From: Octopus sinensis
Lineage: Eukaryota
NCBI RefSeq assembly: GCF_006345805.1
Contig: NC_043006.1
Coordinates: 30,008,001 to 30,072,000, forward strand
DNA: 64,000 nucleotides
Direction of reading: 5' to 3'
Of the stretch, positions 24,874 through 38,056 are shown piece by piece. The notes under the pieces were generated by a model. The model did no database searches and was not told where the DNA came from. It saw only the letters and a list, made by a program, of their open reading frames with translations. Position 1 is the first letter of the stretch, and every line of letters begins with the position of its first letter. The position numbers and the translations under genes were made by a program.

Positions 24874-27045
24874 GTAGACTGTTGTTGATTTATGCAAATG
24901 TGTGTGCACGTGTGTGTGTGTTTATGTATGTGATTTTATAGGATTGTTTGTAAAAAAAAAAAAAAAGGATCAGCCCTTTGCTGAAGGCCTCTGTATATTG
25001 TATCATGTTGTTACCTTTCTTCCAAGTAGTTTGTTTATTTACAATCATTTCAAGGTTATGTCCTGTTTTTCAAGGTCAATCTTTTGTGTATGACATAATT
25101 CTATCTAAATTCTAATATTTCTTTAAACATGAATGTATTTATTATTGGTTACTTTAGGTAAAAAAATTGAATCACTTTGTCTCTCTTGAAATGAAATAAT
25201 TTTAATAAGGTACTCTATTGAATTTATGTGTATATCTAGAGTTAATGGCTACCAGCATATTTCAAGAAAAGAGTGTTTTTAATTAGATTAAAAATAACTT
25301 TTATAGAAGTGTTTGAAAATTTCAAAGGAATTCAATTCTGTCTCCCATGGTTTACTCTTCAATAACACAAATAACAAAAAGGACAAATTATTGTATTCTA
25401 TAAGGATAGTTTTTTAAATAAAAAATTTTACTTTATAGATAATGCATTTTAAGATTTGTAGATAATTTATTTAAAATGTATGCCTATGTACACTGCAGCA
25501 GTTAGTTGCATGTCTTTTTTTTTGTCTTGTGAACATTAATTCAAATCAAGTTTTAGTCAAGACTCTCAATTAAAAGTTTGATTTAAAAAAATTATTATTC
25601 ATCTGTGGATTGACTGAATGGGTATGGCAGTGCCCCAGCATGGCTGTGACCTTTAGGGCTGGAAATATAGGCATAAAGGAATGTATAGGTAAAAAGTATT
25701 AATCTACATTTCAAATCATAAATTGACCAGTATATCTTTTGATCTACATCATTTAACAATTATCCCAAACCTATTCTTTATTTAGGTCAGTGATTCTGGA
25801 ACTAGTTTTTTACCTATGGATCTCTTTGGTTCCTATTTTACTGAAATGGACACTCACAGCCATTTGATGTTTAAAGAAAAAATCCTTATATTTTTATGAT
25901 TAAATATTATTAGGAATTGTATTTAAAAAATAAATGAAAATATTTTGAGTTTTGTAAAAGCGGAGCCAATTTATTGCACTTAAATTTTAATAAAATCTTG
26001 TTTGGACCTCAAGGATCATATGGATCCTAATTGAGAACAATTTCTTTAGATAATTTTCCTTTTTAATTACTTAATTTTCAACTTTACTTTGTTTGAACTG
26101 GTACTGCAGTGTTTAATCTTCACTTTCTTTTCATCTCGGTGTTAATTCTTTTGGGAATAATTTCTATTTACTAGGTTGCCTACTGAGTTTAATTATTAAT
26201 GAAAATATTCAAGAGTTTGGAGGGGGTTTAATAAACTATCTCTAATTTTATATGTCAGAATGTATTAGTGGCTTTGATTAACTAAAATTTCATGCTAACC
26301 TTCCCGTTATAAGAACTTGAAAAGAGATTTTAATTTTAAATATGAAAATTTTTTTAGCAGGAGGAGTCTTGTGTGGGGTGGTATTAAAGAGGTTAATCTT
26401 GGTTATACTTGTTCAGTTCAGCTGGGTTAGCTGTTGACCTATCAGTAACCAATGAACTTGTTGCATTTTATAGGATGTTTAATATAAATAACTATCAACT
26501 TGCTCACCTGACAAAATTTTGTCAAACCAGTTTTTTTTTTCTTTATCTTCTTTTCAGCTATGTCTCTAAAATAATGTCTCCTCTCTATTACAGTTAATTA
26601 ACTTTGCTCTTTTTGCTAATTACCACCCCACTTTTTCTCTTGTTACTTCTTTCCTTGATTAGATCTTCTGCACTTTCTTTTCTCATTCTGTTTCTCCCTT
26701 TTCCTACACTACTCTTTCTTGGGCCCCTTTTAAGTGTTTTTTGACTTTCCTCTTAAGTTAACCTTACTTCCGTTAGATAATCCTTTTTCTCTCTCGTTAT
26801 TTAGGTCTTTTCTACCTTCCATTGTGATGTCTTCTTTCCTCTCTCCCCCTTTCAACATTTTTTCCACCCCTTCCCTTATAAACTCTCATCCTATGCAAGC
26901 TCTCCTGCCTTTTTCACCTTCCTTAAGTCTAAACTCACTTTCTCTTCTTCCCTTACCATAACATCTCCCCTTTTCATCTTTGATTTTTCACTTCCTCCTA
27001 CTTTAAATCTTGTGTATTTTTTACTAAGTTTATTCCTTATATATA

Positions 27046-27087
<42 letters not shown>

Positions 27088-28639
27088 ACTTCCTGGATCT
27101 GGAGAAAAGGACAGTAGCCATGACTTTTACAGACACCCTTCCCCACTAGATTAGTGATGTTGCTACCATTAATGTTCAGCTTGAACCTTTGTAAGTCAAT
27201 GTTAAATGGCATTAATAATAATATTGCAGACAGTAACAGCTTTTCCCCAAATTACCTCTGCTGTCCTCTTTTCTGTTCTTTCAGTTAAAAAATATTCTAT
27301 ATCTGTATTGCGTATATAAGTACATATATATATGTGTGTATATACTCCTCTGTAACAGAGTCAGCATACTCGTGTGTGCCTCTGTGTGTGCGTGTATGCC
27401 TTTCATTGAGGGTGCATATGTGTGTATGTACTTGTAAATGAGAGTATCGTGTATATGGGCATATGTCTGTATGTATTTGTAGATGTATTCTTTTCTGGTA
27501 CGACTAAGGGTTTATAAGTGTATGCAATCCTCTTTACTGGCCAGTTACTTCACTCATTGTAATTTAAGAATACTCTACAAGTACTTTGTACTTAGACAGT
27601 TTTCTTGTTACAAGCTTTCTTTTGTCTTTTGTTTGCTCTACTTAGTCTTTCCTTCTTTATTTAGACTTCATCTTTTCCTTTTGCCTTACTCTTTCTACCC
27701 CCCCCCTTCCAATTCTAACTTTCTACCTCATCCCCACACTATTCCTGGCTCTCCTTCACCACCTTCTCTTCTTCCCATTCCTCTGTTTTTCCTTTCAACT
27801 TTAATTTCTTCATCATTTACCTGCCCACAGACCAACTTCAATTTCTCTCTCGCTCTTATAACAAATAAACATAGTGAACCCTTTCAAGAATTTCCTTAAA
27901 TGTTGCCAAAGCAAAAATGCTGTGGGAAGAAGAGCTGTCTGTTTTTAAACAACTGTCTCTTCAAGGGAAAGGAAAGAAATGTTTCATGTGAAAACTAAGA
28001 AAGAATATATTGAGACAGGATGAGGAGAAATGGGTTGGATAGGAAGTGGATATAGGCAGTGTATTAGAGAAAGCGAAAAGGAATTAAATCTGTTTCTTTG
28101 TCCTGTAGCTAGAGATCAGTAAATGCAGGAAAAAAATTGTGAAAATCGTGAAACTAATTGGGTGCCACTTTAGTATGTTATCTACCTGGCAATTTACACT
28201 TTAGCATGCAGTCAAACTCTAGTTGTAAACCCTAACTTCAATCTTAAACTCTGATCCTAACCCTAGTCAGGACATTTCATCCATGGACCATGGATACTCT
28301 GGTAGACAGTACACCAAAGTAGCACCAATAATTGAATGGGTGTGCAGGTATTGACGAGGGGATGGGGGTGGAAGGTAGTTGGTGTTGTAAGGAGGAGAAG
28401 TGGTTGATTGTGGATTAAAGAATTAACGAAACAATATTGACAGATAGTGCATTTCAAAGTGTGCAGGTGATGCACTAGATATGGCTGGTAAAAATAGAGA
28501 AGAAATGTTGAGTGACTGGGATCTGGTGTTTTAGATTAGTTGTGGTAATTTGAGTTGTATGGATGAGTGACTTCACTGTTGGAAACTTCATCTTGATGTT
28601 ATGGTTGAAGAGAATACATAGCACATGGGCACACACACA

Positions 28640-28970
28640 CACACTGACAGACAGACTGTTGGGCAGAGAGACTGACTGACTGTTGGACAGAGAGACTGAC
28701 TAACTGGCTGTCAGGCAGAGAGGCTGACAGACAGGCTAGCTGAATGGCTGAGAGACTGACGGACAGGCTAGCTGAATGGCTGAGAGACTGACGGACAGGC
28801 TGGCTGGCTGACAGAGACTGACTGACGGACAGGCTGGCTGGCTGACAGACGGACAGGCTGGCTGGCTGGCTGGCTGGCTGACAGAGACTGACTGACGGAC
28901 AGGCTGGCTGGTTGACAAAGACTGACTGAATGGCTGGCTGACAGAGAGACAGACAGACTGGCTGACCGTC
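28640..28970. repeat. Compound tetranucleotide (GACT/GACA/GGCT) satellite
   Basis: Direct inspection; includes a duplicated 32-mer acaggctagctgaatggctgagagactgacgg. Confidence 0.9.
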
Positions 28971-29063
28971 CATCTGTTCGTATGTTCCTGACACTGGAGA
29001 GCATTTGAAGTTAGCATTGTGAACTGATGAGAGTTATTGCCTATAAAATACTTCCTATTCTTA

Positions 29064-29266
29064 TTTCGTTATTGCCCACAAAGGGCTAAACAGAGGGACA
29101 AACGAGGACAGACAAAGGGATTTAGTTGATTACATTGACCCCAGTGTGTAACTGGTACTTAGTTTATCAACCCCGAAAGGATGAGAGGCAAAGTTGACCT
29201 TGGTGGAATTTCAACTCAGAATGTAACGGCAGACGAAATACCGCTAAGCATTTCGCCTGTGGTAAG
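29064..29266 (-). mobile_element. SINE family B with ~17 bp TSD; second copy at 29640-29856
   Basis: Reverse complement of the 63738 copy; flanks aatacttcctattctta / aatagttcctattctta. Confidence 0.8.
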
Positions 29267-30106
29267 AATAGTTCCTATTCTTAACACAGTGAGTTCTTAT
29301 TTCTCATAGCAGCTATTCATATGATGACTTCTGACAGAACATAATGACATAATGTGGGCTATGATTCTTTTTGCTTAATTGGTGCTATTTGAGGTACCCC
29401 GAAAAGAAAATAAGACAGGAAAGATCTTTGGTATTGAGAAAACAAAATAATATAAAGTAGAACAACGAAATAGTTGAATGAATATAAAGAAATTTTGTTA
29501 ACTATTTGTAGGTTTTGGGAGATTGTTGGGATCTTTCTGGTTTTTGTATGTACCATCTAATTTTGTTCATATCTTCCCCACTGATGTAGTTTTGTGTACT
29601 GATGACAAAGGTCACATTAATTTTTTATTGAAATTAATACTAATGGCTTCAAACTTTGGCACAAGACCAGCAATTTCTGGGAGAGGGACAGTCAAGTACA
29701 TCAACTCCACTGCTCAACTGGCACTTACTTTATCAACTCCGAAAGGATGAAAAGCGAAGTTGACCTCGGTGGAATTTGATCTCAGAACATAAAGACGGAC
29801 AAAATGCCACTAAATATTTTACCCTGCCATGCTAACAGTTCTGCCAACTCACTGCCATATTGAAATTAATCATAATAAAGTTTGAAAATTTAGCCAATTG
29901 TAAACCTCTGTTATCAACATACTGACAATCATAATTTCCATGAGTTGATAGGAAAATGATAACATTACAAAACCTTAAAAGATTTAAAATTTTTTTGCTT
30001 TGATAAATAAAAAGAATTTGATGACAAAATTGAAAGATAACAGAAATACAATGAAATAAAATAAAAATGTAGTGAAAAGTTTTGAAATGAAAGAACAAAA
30101 ATTGGT

Positions 30107-30885
30107 CATCATCATCATCATTTAATGTCCTTTTTCCATACTGGCATGAGTTGGACGGCTCAACTGGGGTTTGGGAAGCCAAGAGGCTGCACCAGGCCCC
30201 AATCTGATCTGGCAGTGTTTCTACAACTGGATGCCCTTCCTAATGCCAACCATTCCAAGAGCGTAGTGGGTGCTTTTTACGTGCCACCGGCACAGGGGCC
30301 AGAAGATCTGGCATTGACCATGAGCGGATGGTGCTTTTTAAGTGTCACCGGCACGGAAGCCAATCAAAGCAGCACTGGCATCAGCCATGTTCGGATGGTA
30401 CTTTTTACATTCTACCGGCATGGGGCTCACAATTACAATTTCCATTTAATTTGATTTTGATATTGCTGATGTTGATATATGGCATGTTGCCCTACGATTC
30501 AAGATACTTTTAAGTGGGCTGGTTATGCGACATTAGTGTAGGTTACAGCTGTAGACTCACTTTATTTGCCGTTTCTTAGTCACAGCATGCCTACAGAGGT
30601 CTTGCTTTTTTGTAATTGCCTCTGTGAGGCCCAGTGTTCGAAGGTCATGCTTCACCACCTTGTCCCAAGTCTTCATGAGTCTCTCTCTACCCCAGAATCC
30701 TTCCATTGTTTGGGAGTGGCACTTCTTCACACAGCTCTCCTCATCCATTTGCAGTACATGACCATACCAACACAAACGTCTCTCTTGCATGCCACGTCTG
30801 ATGCTTTTTATGTCTAACATTTCTCTCAGGGCGTTTACACTCTGTCGTGTGTGCACGATCCAGCAGATCATGCTAGCTTCATTTC
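30107..30885 (-). mobile_element. RTE LINE 3' end (ORF2 C-terminus and 3' UTR)
   Basis: ORF 30557-30871 RRLCWYGHVLQMDEESCVKKC...KTWDKVVKHDL is a typical RTE C-terminus; (GAT)n tail. Confidence 0.9.
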
Positions 30886-31797
30886 CTTCTTATTCTGCTC
30901 TGTACTCAATAAGTTTCTACAACAGATTACAATTTTCATACCTTTGCCTCAACCCTAACCCCTAACCGTAACCCTACTCTTTGCACTGGTTCTAATACCT
31001 GGCTATAGAAACGGGCAAGTGCAATTTCTGGTATGTTGATAATAGGGGCTTCTGATTGACTAAAATTTCAAAATTTGTCAAAAATGAATTTGATTTTTGA
31101 ATTTATTATGCAAGACTACATCCTGTAGAAAACTTGAACAAATCTTGACTGTACGGACAAAGATCTAATTGTAGCTGCGGAATAATTAAAAACTGAGCAA
31201 GAAAACTAATCAGAACTGAAACGGAATGGCATTATTAAATGCCAGCATATAAGCAAAATTGTTAAAAATAGTAGAAATCACCACAAATATTTTTTTATTA
31301 CTTGGCACTGGCACTGAGCATGGTTGATGCCAGTGCTAGCTGACTGGTCCCGTACTGCTGACATGTAAAAAGCACCCACTATACTCTCAGAGTGGTTGGC
31401 ATTAGGAAGGGTATCCAGCTGTAGAAACTTTGCCAGATCAGATTGGATCCTGGTGCAGCCTTCTGGCTTGCCAGCCCTCAGTCAAACTATCCAACCCATG
31501 CCAGCATGGAAAACAGACATTAAACGATGATGATGATGATATATTGATTATGAAAGGAGGTGGCTGATAGAACTAGAACCTTCTGTAGTATTTAATTACT
31601 TTATTTTGAGTTGAAATTCTGTAAGGATTAACTTTTCCATTTATTTATTCAGAGATTGATAAAATAGATACCAGTCATGTTCTGGGATTGAATTAATCAA
31701 CTATAATTGACCTATTTGACCGCAAAATGTTCACCATGTCATGGTGTTGAAATTTGATTTATTTCACTAATTTTATTATTTCTGTTTATCATTTCAG

Positions 31798-31920
31798 AAA
31801 CTAGTCGTTAAACCTGACCAACTGATTAAGAGACGAGGGAAGCTTGGTTTGATTAAAGCTGGTGTTGATTTAAATGGGGCTAAAGCATGGCTGTCAGAAA
31901 AGATTAACCAAGAAATTGAG
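31798..31920 (+). CDS. ACLY: ACLY coding exon 2 (KLVVKPDQLIKRRGKLGLIKAGVDLNGAKAWLSEKINQEIE)
   Basis: ATP-grasp motif LVVKPDQLIKRRGKLGL; tttcAG acceptor, GAG|GTAGGT donor; 123 nt, phase 0-0. Confidence 0.97.
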
Positions 31921-33097
31921 GTAGGTACATCTCCATTTTGAATTTTGTATCAATAGACATTATTGACAATATTTCCTTTGCTTTAGTTTACTCAGTTGAA
32001 GGTAGACACCATTTACCTGACGGATTAGCAGAGGAAGATTCAAAGACCTGTTTGATTAAAAGGAATATTAGAGCTCTAGTGCCATGGAAGTTTTAAAAAT
32101 AATAAAATCACAAAATTGGAACATTTAGGGAAGTAAACAATCAACATGATTAAAACCAAAAAGATTATTGGAGTTGAGAATTAAGATTTAAAATCATTGA
32201 CTGGTAATTCACTTAAAATGACATTAAAATGATGATGGGCTTTTCATTCAGTTTCTGTCTGCCAATTCCATTCAAAGGGCATTGATTGGTCAAAGGCTAT
32301 ATTAGAAGAGACTTGCCCTAAGTGATATAACCTGAAATGATACACCCCCACCCCCCCATATATATGGTGCTGGAACCATGTAAAAGACACTGGTGCTGGT
32401 GCCATGTAAAAAGCACTGTTTGCTGGTGCCACACAAAAGGCACTGATTGCTAGTGCCATGTAGAAGGCACTCAGTACACTTGGTAAAGTGGTTGGCACTA
32501 GGAAGGTCATCCAGCTGTAGAAACCTGGTGTGGCCCCTGACTGTCCAACATCTACTTTCCATGTTGGTAGGGGTGGAATATATCTACAGTTCCTCATTGC
32601 CATTTTTCTTAATACTGTGTCCCTTCATGTGGGAGGCCAATAACAAGTTTTTATCTTTGAGGCTTTTCACAAACTAATAAATGAAATTATATGATCACAT
32701 GACCTGTTAGAAAATGCCACATCATCCTCAGATTACACCCTAATTCTTTTACTTTTAATGGCTTAGTTAGGAGGAAGGGCTTCTCCTATGACATTTTCCC
32801 AGAGCTCTGTGAGTGGTAGGAAGAAGTGATTCTCAGACAGGCAACAAGGTCCAAATGACTTCATCATAGTCAACTTCAATAAAAGCCTTGATAGGCAAGG
32901 TGCTGGTACTACCTAACAACACAAACTGTTTCTGTGGTGGGTTTGGCTCTCCAGACCTCAGTCAACCCATGCCAGTATGGAAAATGGACATTAATCAATG
33001 GTGATGATGATGATGTTCACCAAATTTTATTTATGAGGCTATGGTAGAAGACATAGGCCCAAGGTGCAGAACAGTGAGATTCAACCTGAAACCACAT

Positions 33098-33100
<3 letters not shown>

Positions 33101-33131
<31 letters not shown>

Positions 33132-34857
33132 TGTGTACAGTGCTCAGGTGCACTACAACTCATCTAAAGTGTATATATAATCAGGTGTAGTTTCGGCGGA
33201 TTTCGGAAAGCATGAGGGCCTTAAAAGATGCAGTGTCATGGCAGTCAACAACTGACGCAGGCAGTTTATTCTATGCTTCAGCAACTCTGAGCGTGAAAAA
33301 ATGTTTCCGAAAGTCATGGGAGCTGTGTTGTTTTCTGACTTTGTAGGCATGTCCATGTGTGTTAGACACATGGAGATCAAAAAGGTGTTCAGTGTTGTTG
33401 TTGGTGAGGTGGTTGATAACTTTGTGGGTGTTTACCAAGTCCATCGCCAGACGCCGGAGCTTCAGTGAATCCATGCCCAGGGAAACAAGGCGCTCAGAAT
33501 ATGGTAGGTGTCTGATGGAGGGTATGCGTTTGGTTGCACGTCTCTGGACAGATTCCAGGAGGTCAATGTTCTGAGCAAGATAGGGATTCCAAACTGATGA
33601 TGCGAATTCCAAGTGTGGTCGTACCATAGCTGTATACAGTTTTAAATAGATGGCTGGAGAGCGGCTAACAAAAGTCTTGCTGAGTGATACCAAGACACCC
33701 TCGGCCTTCTTGGCAATTTTAGAGATATGCTTTGTCCAACGCAAATCACTGCTGACAGTGATGCCTAGGTCACGCTCGCAAGAGGATTTCTTGATATCAG
33801 TGTTGTGGAGGGAGTATGTGGATGCAGGGTTTTTTCTCCCAAAATGCATGGTGGTACACTTGTCCACAGCCAGTTTCAGTTGCCAGTCTGTGATCCATTG
33901 CTGCATTGTGTCTAGGTCTGATTGCAGGAAAGAGTTGTAGACATCAGGATCTGTCCTCTTGATTTCAAGGTACAGCTTGATGTCGTCTGATTATTTCAAT
34001 ACTGTGGCATTCTTTAAACTGGCATCTATGTCATTAATGTATGCCACAAACAAGAGGGGACCAAGGACAGATCCCTGTGGTACACCCGATGACATCTCAT
34101 ATGGTGTAGAATGCTGTCCTAGAACTGTGACTACCTCCTTTCGGCTGAGAATGAAGGATTTCAACCAGTTAAAAAGGTCATCCCTCACACCCATTGCAGA
34201 GAGTTTCACCATAAGCCTTTTGTGTGGCACAGAGTTGAAAGCCTTAGCAAAGTCAAGGTAGACAACATCCACCCATGAGCCACTGTCAGTGATCTGAGTA
34301 ATGTTCTCAAGGAACTCGACAAGCTGATCACTGCAGCTGGAGTTAGGGACAAATCCATATTGTGAGGGTCGGATGAGACTGTGAGAGCTCCAGAAGTTCC
34401 AGAGTGTTTCCCTGACACATGATTCCATCAGTTTTGCAATACAGCTAGTGAGACTGACTGGGCGATAGTTGACAGGTGATGTGCGGTCGCTCTTTTTGAA
34501 CAGAGGAATGACACTGGCAGTTTTCCACTGCTCCGGAGTAGCACCATTGTTGAGACAGTACTGGAAGAAAATAGAAAGCTGGTGTAAAAGGAAGTACCTG
34601 CCACATTTGAGAAGCAGGTATGTAACTCCATCGAGACCAGGGGGAGGCATAGTTGCGCTTATTTTGAAGGTGACGTCGCAGCATTGCAGGTGTAAATTCC
34701 ATAGTTGTTATGGAATTTGCTGTTAGTGATGGTGAAGATGGTACATTTTGACTTTCAACAGTGAATATGTTTGCATAGCACTCGGCAATGAGTTCTGCGC
34801 ATTCCTTGGGGTCGTCAGTGATCTGGTTTGTGTGAGGGTTGCGAAGAGGGCCCACTT
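33101..34857 (-). mobile_element. 5'-truncated CR1-clade LINE (~1.75 kb, RT domain)
   Basis: NYRPVSLTS, QYGF, YLDFAKAF, SGVPQGSVLGPLLF, *SDD (decayed YADD), ERDLGI, VRPHLEFA, LESVQRRATK; (ATT)n tail. Confidence 0.95.
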
Positions 34858-35195
34858 GTGGGAGAAAACTTAACTAAATAGCATGCCTCTGTCTCAATAA
34901 AGATTAAAGGGGTGATAGCTGGTGCACTATTCATCACTGAAAGCCTACTTGATAAAGGCTGACCTATGTCTAAAAATAGTTTTCCAGCAAGCCTTCATAT
35001 TTTCAAGCTTTTGATAAACATAATTGAATTAAATAGAAACCAATCTAAATACTCCTTATAATATTAAAAATATTTAGAAAGCCATGTAAGAACTATTGGA
35101 AAAAGTTGTTTTTATTAAGACCTATCTCTAAGCAAAGCTAATCCCCATTTCTACAAGTACACACAATTGCACACACCCTTATACATGATCACTAA

Positions 35196-35240
<45 letters not shown>

Positions 35241-35269
35241 TTAGATAACTTAAATTGGTTTTGGCCATT

Positions 35270-36280
35270 ATTGCCCCAGGCCATGACTAACTCAATAGCA
35301 TCACCTGGAAAAGTCTTTTAGTTAATTATTTCGGGACACCATGGACCACTCAAGCAAAGAGTTGTTGTTGTTGTTGGCTGAGACGTGCCCAGGTGTAGGT
35401 GGTTTATCTGGTATTTCCTGGAGGAATTTGTCCAGGTACTGTTGGAAAGTTGTGGGGTCTTTTCCTGCTTAAATTTCTTTTGGGATAACATGGAAAATAG
35501 CAGGACCATTTGCAATGAAGAAATCATGTCACAATGTTCTTATGTGATGTGATATCAACCTTTGTAGGGGACGCATTGCCTAGTCTTAGGTGAATTGTAA
35601 ACATAATGCCAATATTGTTTGGATAATATTGGTGGAAATAATGTATTGCTTATGACAGTATTGCAGAGAATAGTTTCAGCTGTTTAAGTCAAGCCCAATA
35701 ATCAAGTCCCATCATGCCATTTATTTATTAGTGATTGATCTTTGTGGTGCTTCGTTCCTCATTATGTCTTTTTTTTTAGGGGGACCACAATGGGCAACAG
35801 TATTCAAGGTGGGGCCTAGTGAATATGGAAAAGAGAAGGATGATGGTTTCATAATCCCTCGATTGAAAAGTTCTGAGGATCCATGAGCACATTCTGTGGG
35901 CAACATCATCTTTTTTGTTGATGTGCACTCTCCAGCTATGGTTACTGTCAACAGTTACACCTAAGTTTCTGATATTATCTGACTGTTCAAGTAGGTCTCC
36001 TGACGGTAATGTATATGGTTGTTTGAGTGTGCCCTCTTCTCCAGAGTGGATGAGCTCAAATTTTTATTCATTCAACTGCATATTGTTTTCTTTTGTGCCC
36101 ATTGGATTACTGTGCATAGGTCCATCTGAAGTATCGTTCAGTCATATGCTCCCTTAATTACTTTCTGGAGCAAATATTTTGATTGTGTTATGTTTAATGG
36201 AATCTGCAAAGTCATTGATTTAGACAATAAAAAGAAGTGGACCCAGCATTGTACCCTGCAGGACTCTGCTTTACCTTTAC
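35270..36280 (-). mobile_element. Older, degraded CR1-like LINE 3' fragment
   Basis: Fragmentary motifs LGPLLF, RNLGVTVD, PQRSIT, LDKFLQEIPDKPPTP and NNSLLEW across frames. Confidence 0.7.
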
Positions 36281-36689
36281 CTATTCTGAGTTACTTGAAA
36301 GGTGATGTTCCCTTCCCTCTCTTATATTTGTTAATACCTTTGTTTACCTTTGATATCATTGTTTCACTTTAAGGATGCTCATTTACCCATCCATTATGAT
36401 ATTTCGACTGTTGTTCATTGTTTCAAATACATTTTAGCATTGTCGTTCTAGCCCTTTTTAAACAATCACATATTCGTCCCAAAGAATCAACCTTTAAATA
36501 AGAATTTTGCTTCCACTAGTGAAAGCTATACATATCTTTCAGAAAGCTCCATACCAATTTAACTTTATGGACAAATAAAGGGGCTTTTGTTAGCTTATCT
36601 CTCTGAAAAAATTGCTTCCTTTGCTGTTGAATAAAATAAACTTGCAGAGGGGAAGTTTCAATGTCCTCCTTCAATTTCCTTACACCATT

Positions 36690-37272
36690 TATGTGGTTGT
36701 TTCTGACAAGAAATTTTGCTTTCATGTAAAACAACTATATTTAGTAGCCATTATCCGTAATCTACTCCCAAAACACTTCAGTAGCTCTACTTTGCATCGC
36801 TTGCAAACTTATATGTTCTATGATCATTAAAGTGCAATGAGCTTCACAGTAAACCAGCCTTCAATTTCATTTTCTATTCCTAGGTTAATCGAAAACAACA
36901 TAGATTGCCATGTTACTTGTAAACCTTCTAGGTAGTTCAATTATTTGGTGAAAAATATACCACCAAAGCAACATAAACTGTCCAATGGACAATTGTGTTT
37001 GCTAGTGTATATATATATGTAAATTGAACTACCTAGAAGGTTTAGAAGTAACATGGCAATCTATGCTGTTTCCGATTAACCTAGGAATAGAAAATGAAAT
37101 TGAAGGCTGGTTATTGTGGAGGTCATTGCACCTTAATGATCATAGAACATATAAGTTTGCAAGCGATGCAAAGTAGAGGTACTGAAGTGTTTTGGGAGTA
37201 GATTATGGATAATGTCTACAAATATAGTTGTTTTACATGAAAGCGAAATTTCTTGTCAGAAACAACCACATA
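36690..37272. repeat. Long inverted repeat / fold-back: ~250 bp arms (36690-36942, 37022-37272), 79 bp spacer
   Basis: Arms are reverse complements with about 13 differences by hand alignment. Confidence 0.95.
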
Positions 37273-37321
37273 TGATGATACACAGACAAGGAAAAAATAC
37301 ACTCATCTATTTTTTATACAT

Positions 37322-37381
<60 letters not shown>

Positions 37382-37472
37382 GCTTGCTTTTATGTTCAGT
37401 TATAATAAAAACAATTTTACATAAATCTGATGGGTTACTCTATACTTTCATTGAGTACAAATTTATGCTTGA

Positions 37473-37692
37473 CCCTTTCGTTACTGTATTTATTTTGAGA
37501 TGCTCTGTGTTTCTTTCAATTACTTTAAATATAACAAAGAATTTAGTAAAATAATTTAGTTATCATTCAGCTAATGTTAGGAACATAAATTGTGACTAAG
37601 GTTTGATGGAAGATTTTGATTCAAAACTTATGAAAACAAGACATTTGTACTCAGACCCAGGGCCAGTTTCAGCCGGGTTGGTAACGAAAGGG
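37473..37692. mobile_element. piggyBac-like MITE
   Basis: TIRs ccctttcgttac / gtaacgaaaggg, flanked by ttga and ttaa (TTAA target). Confidence 0.8.
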
Positions 37693-37813
37693 TTAAACAA
37701 AAAGATTGTTGACAGTGACTTTGAAGTTTCAGTTACCTAAAGTACTGTTGGCATGCCTGGCCAAAACTTCGTCAGTGTCAGCAACATTCTTGCTTAGAAA
37801 TAACACGCATGCG

Positions 37814-37890
<77 letters not shown>

Positions 37891-37956
37891 GTTGGATGAT
37901 TTGACAGGAGTTGGCAAGTCAGAAGACTACTGTCTGCTTTGGCATGGATTGGATAG

Positions 37957-38010
<54 letters not shown>

Positions 38011-38056
38011 TGTATGTACACACACATGTATGTGTATATATAAGTGTTTGTGTGTG

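Noticed and set aside
30950-30975. Interstitial telomere
   Set aside because: Only 3-4 degenerate TAACCC units embedded in a dispersed repeat.
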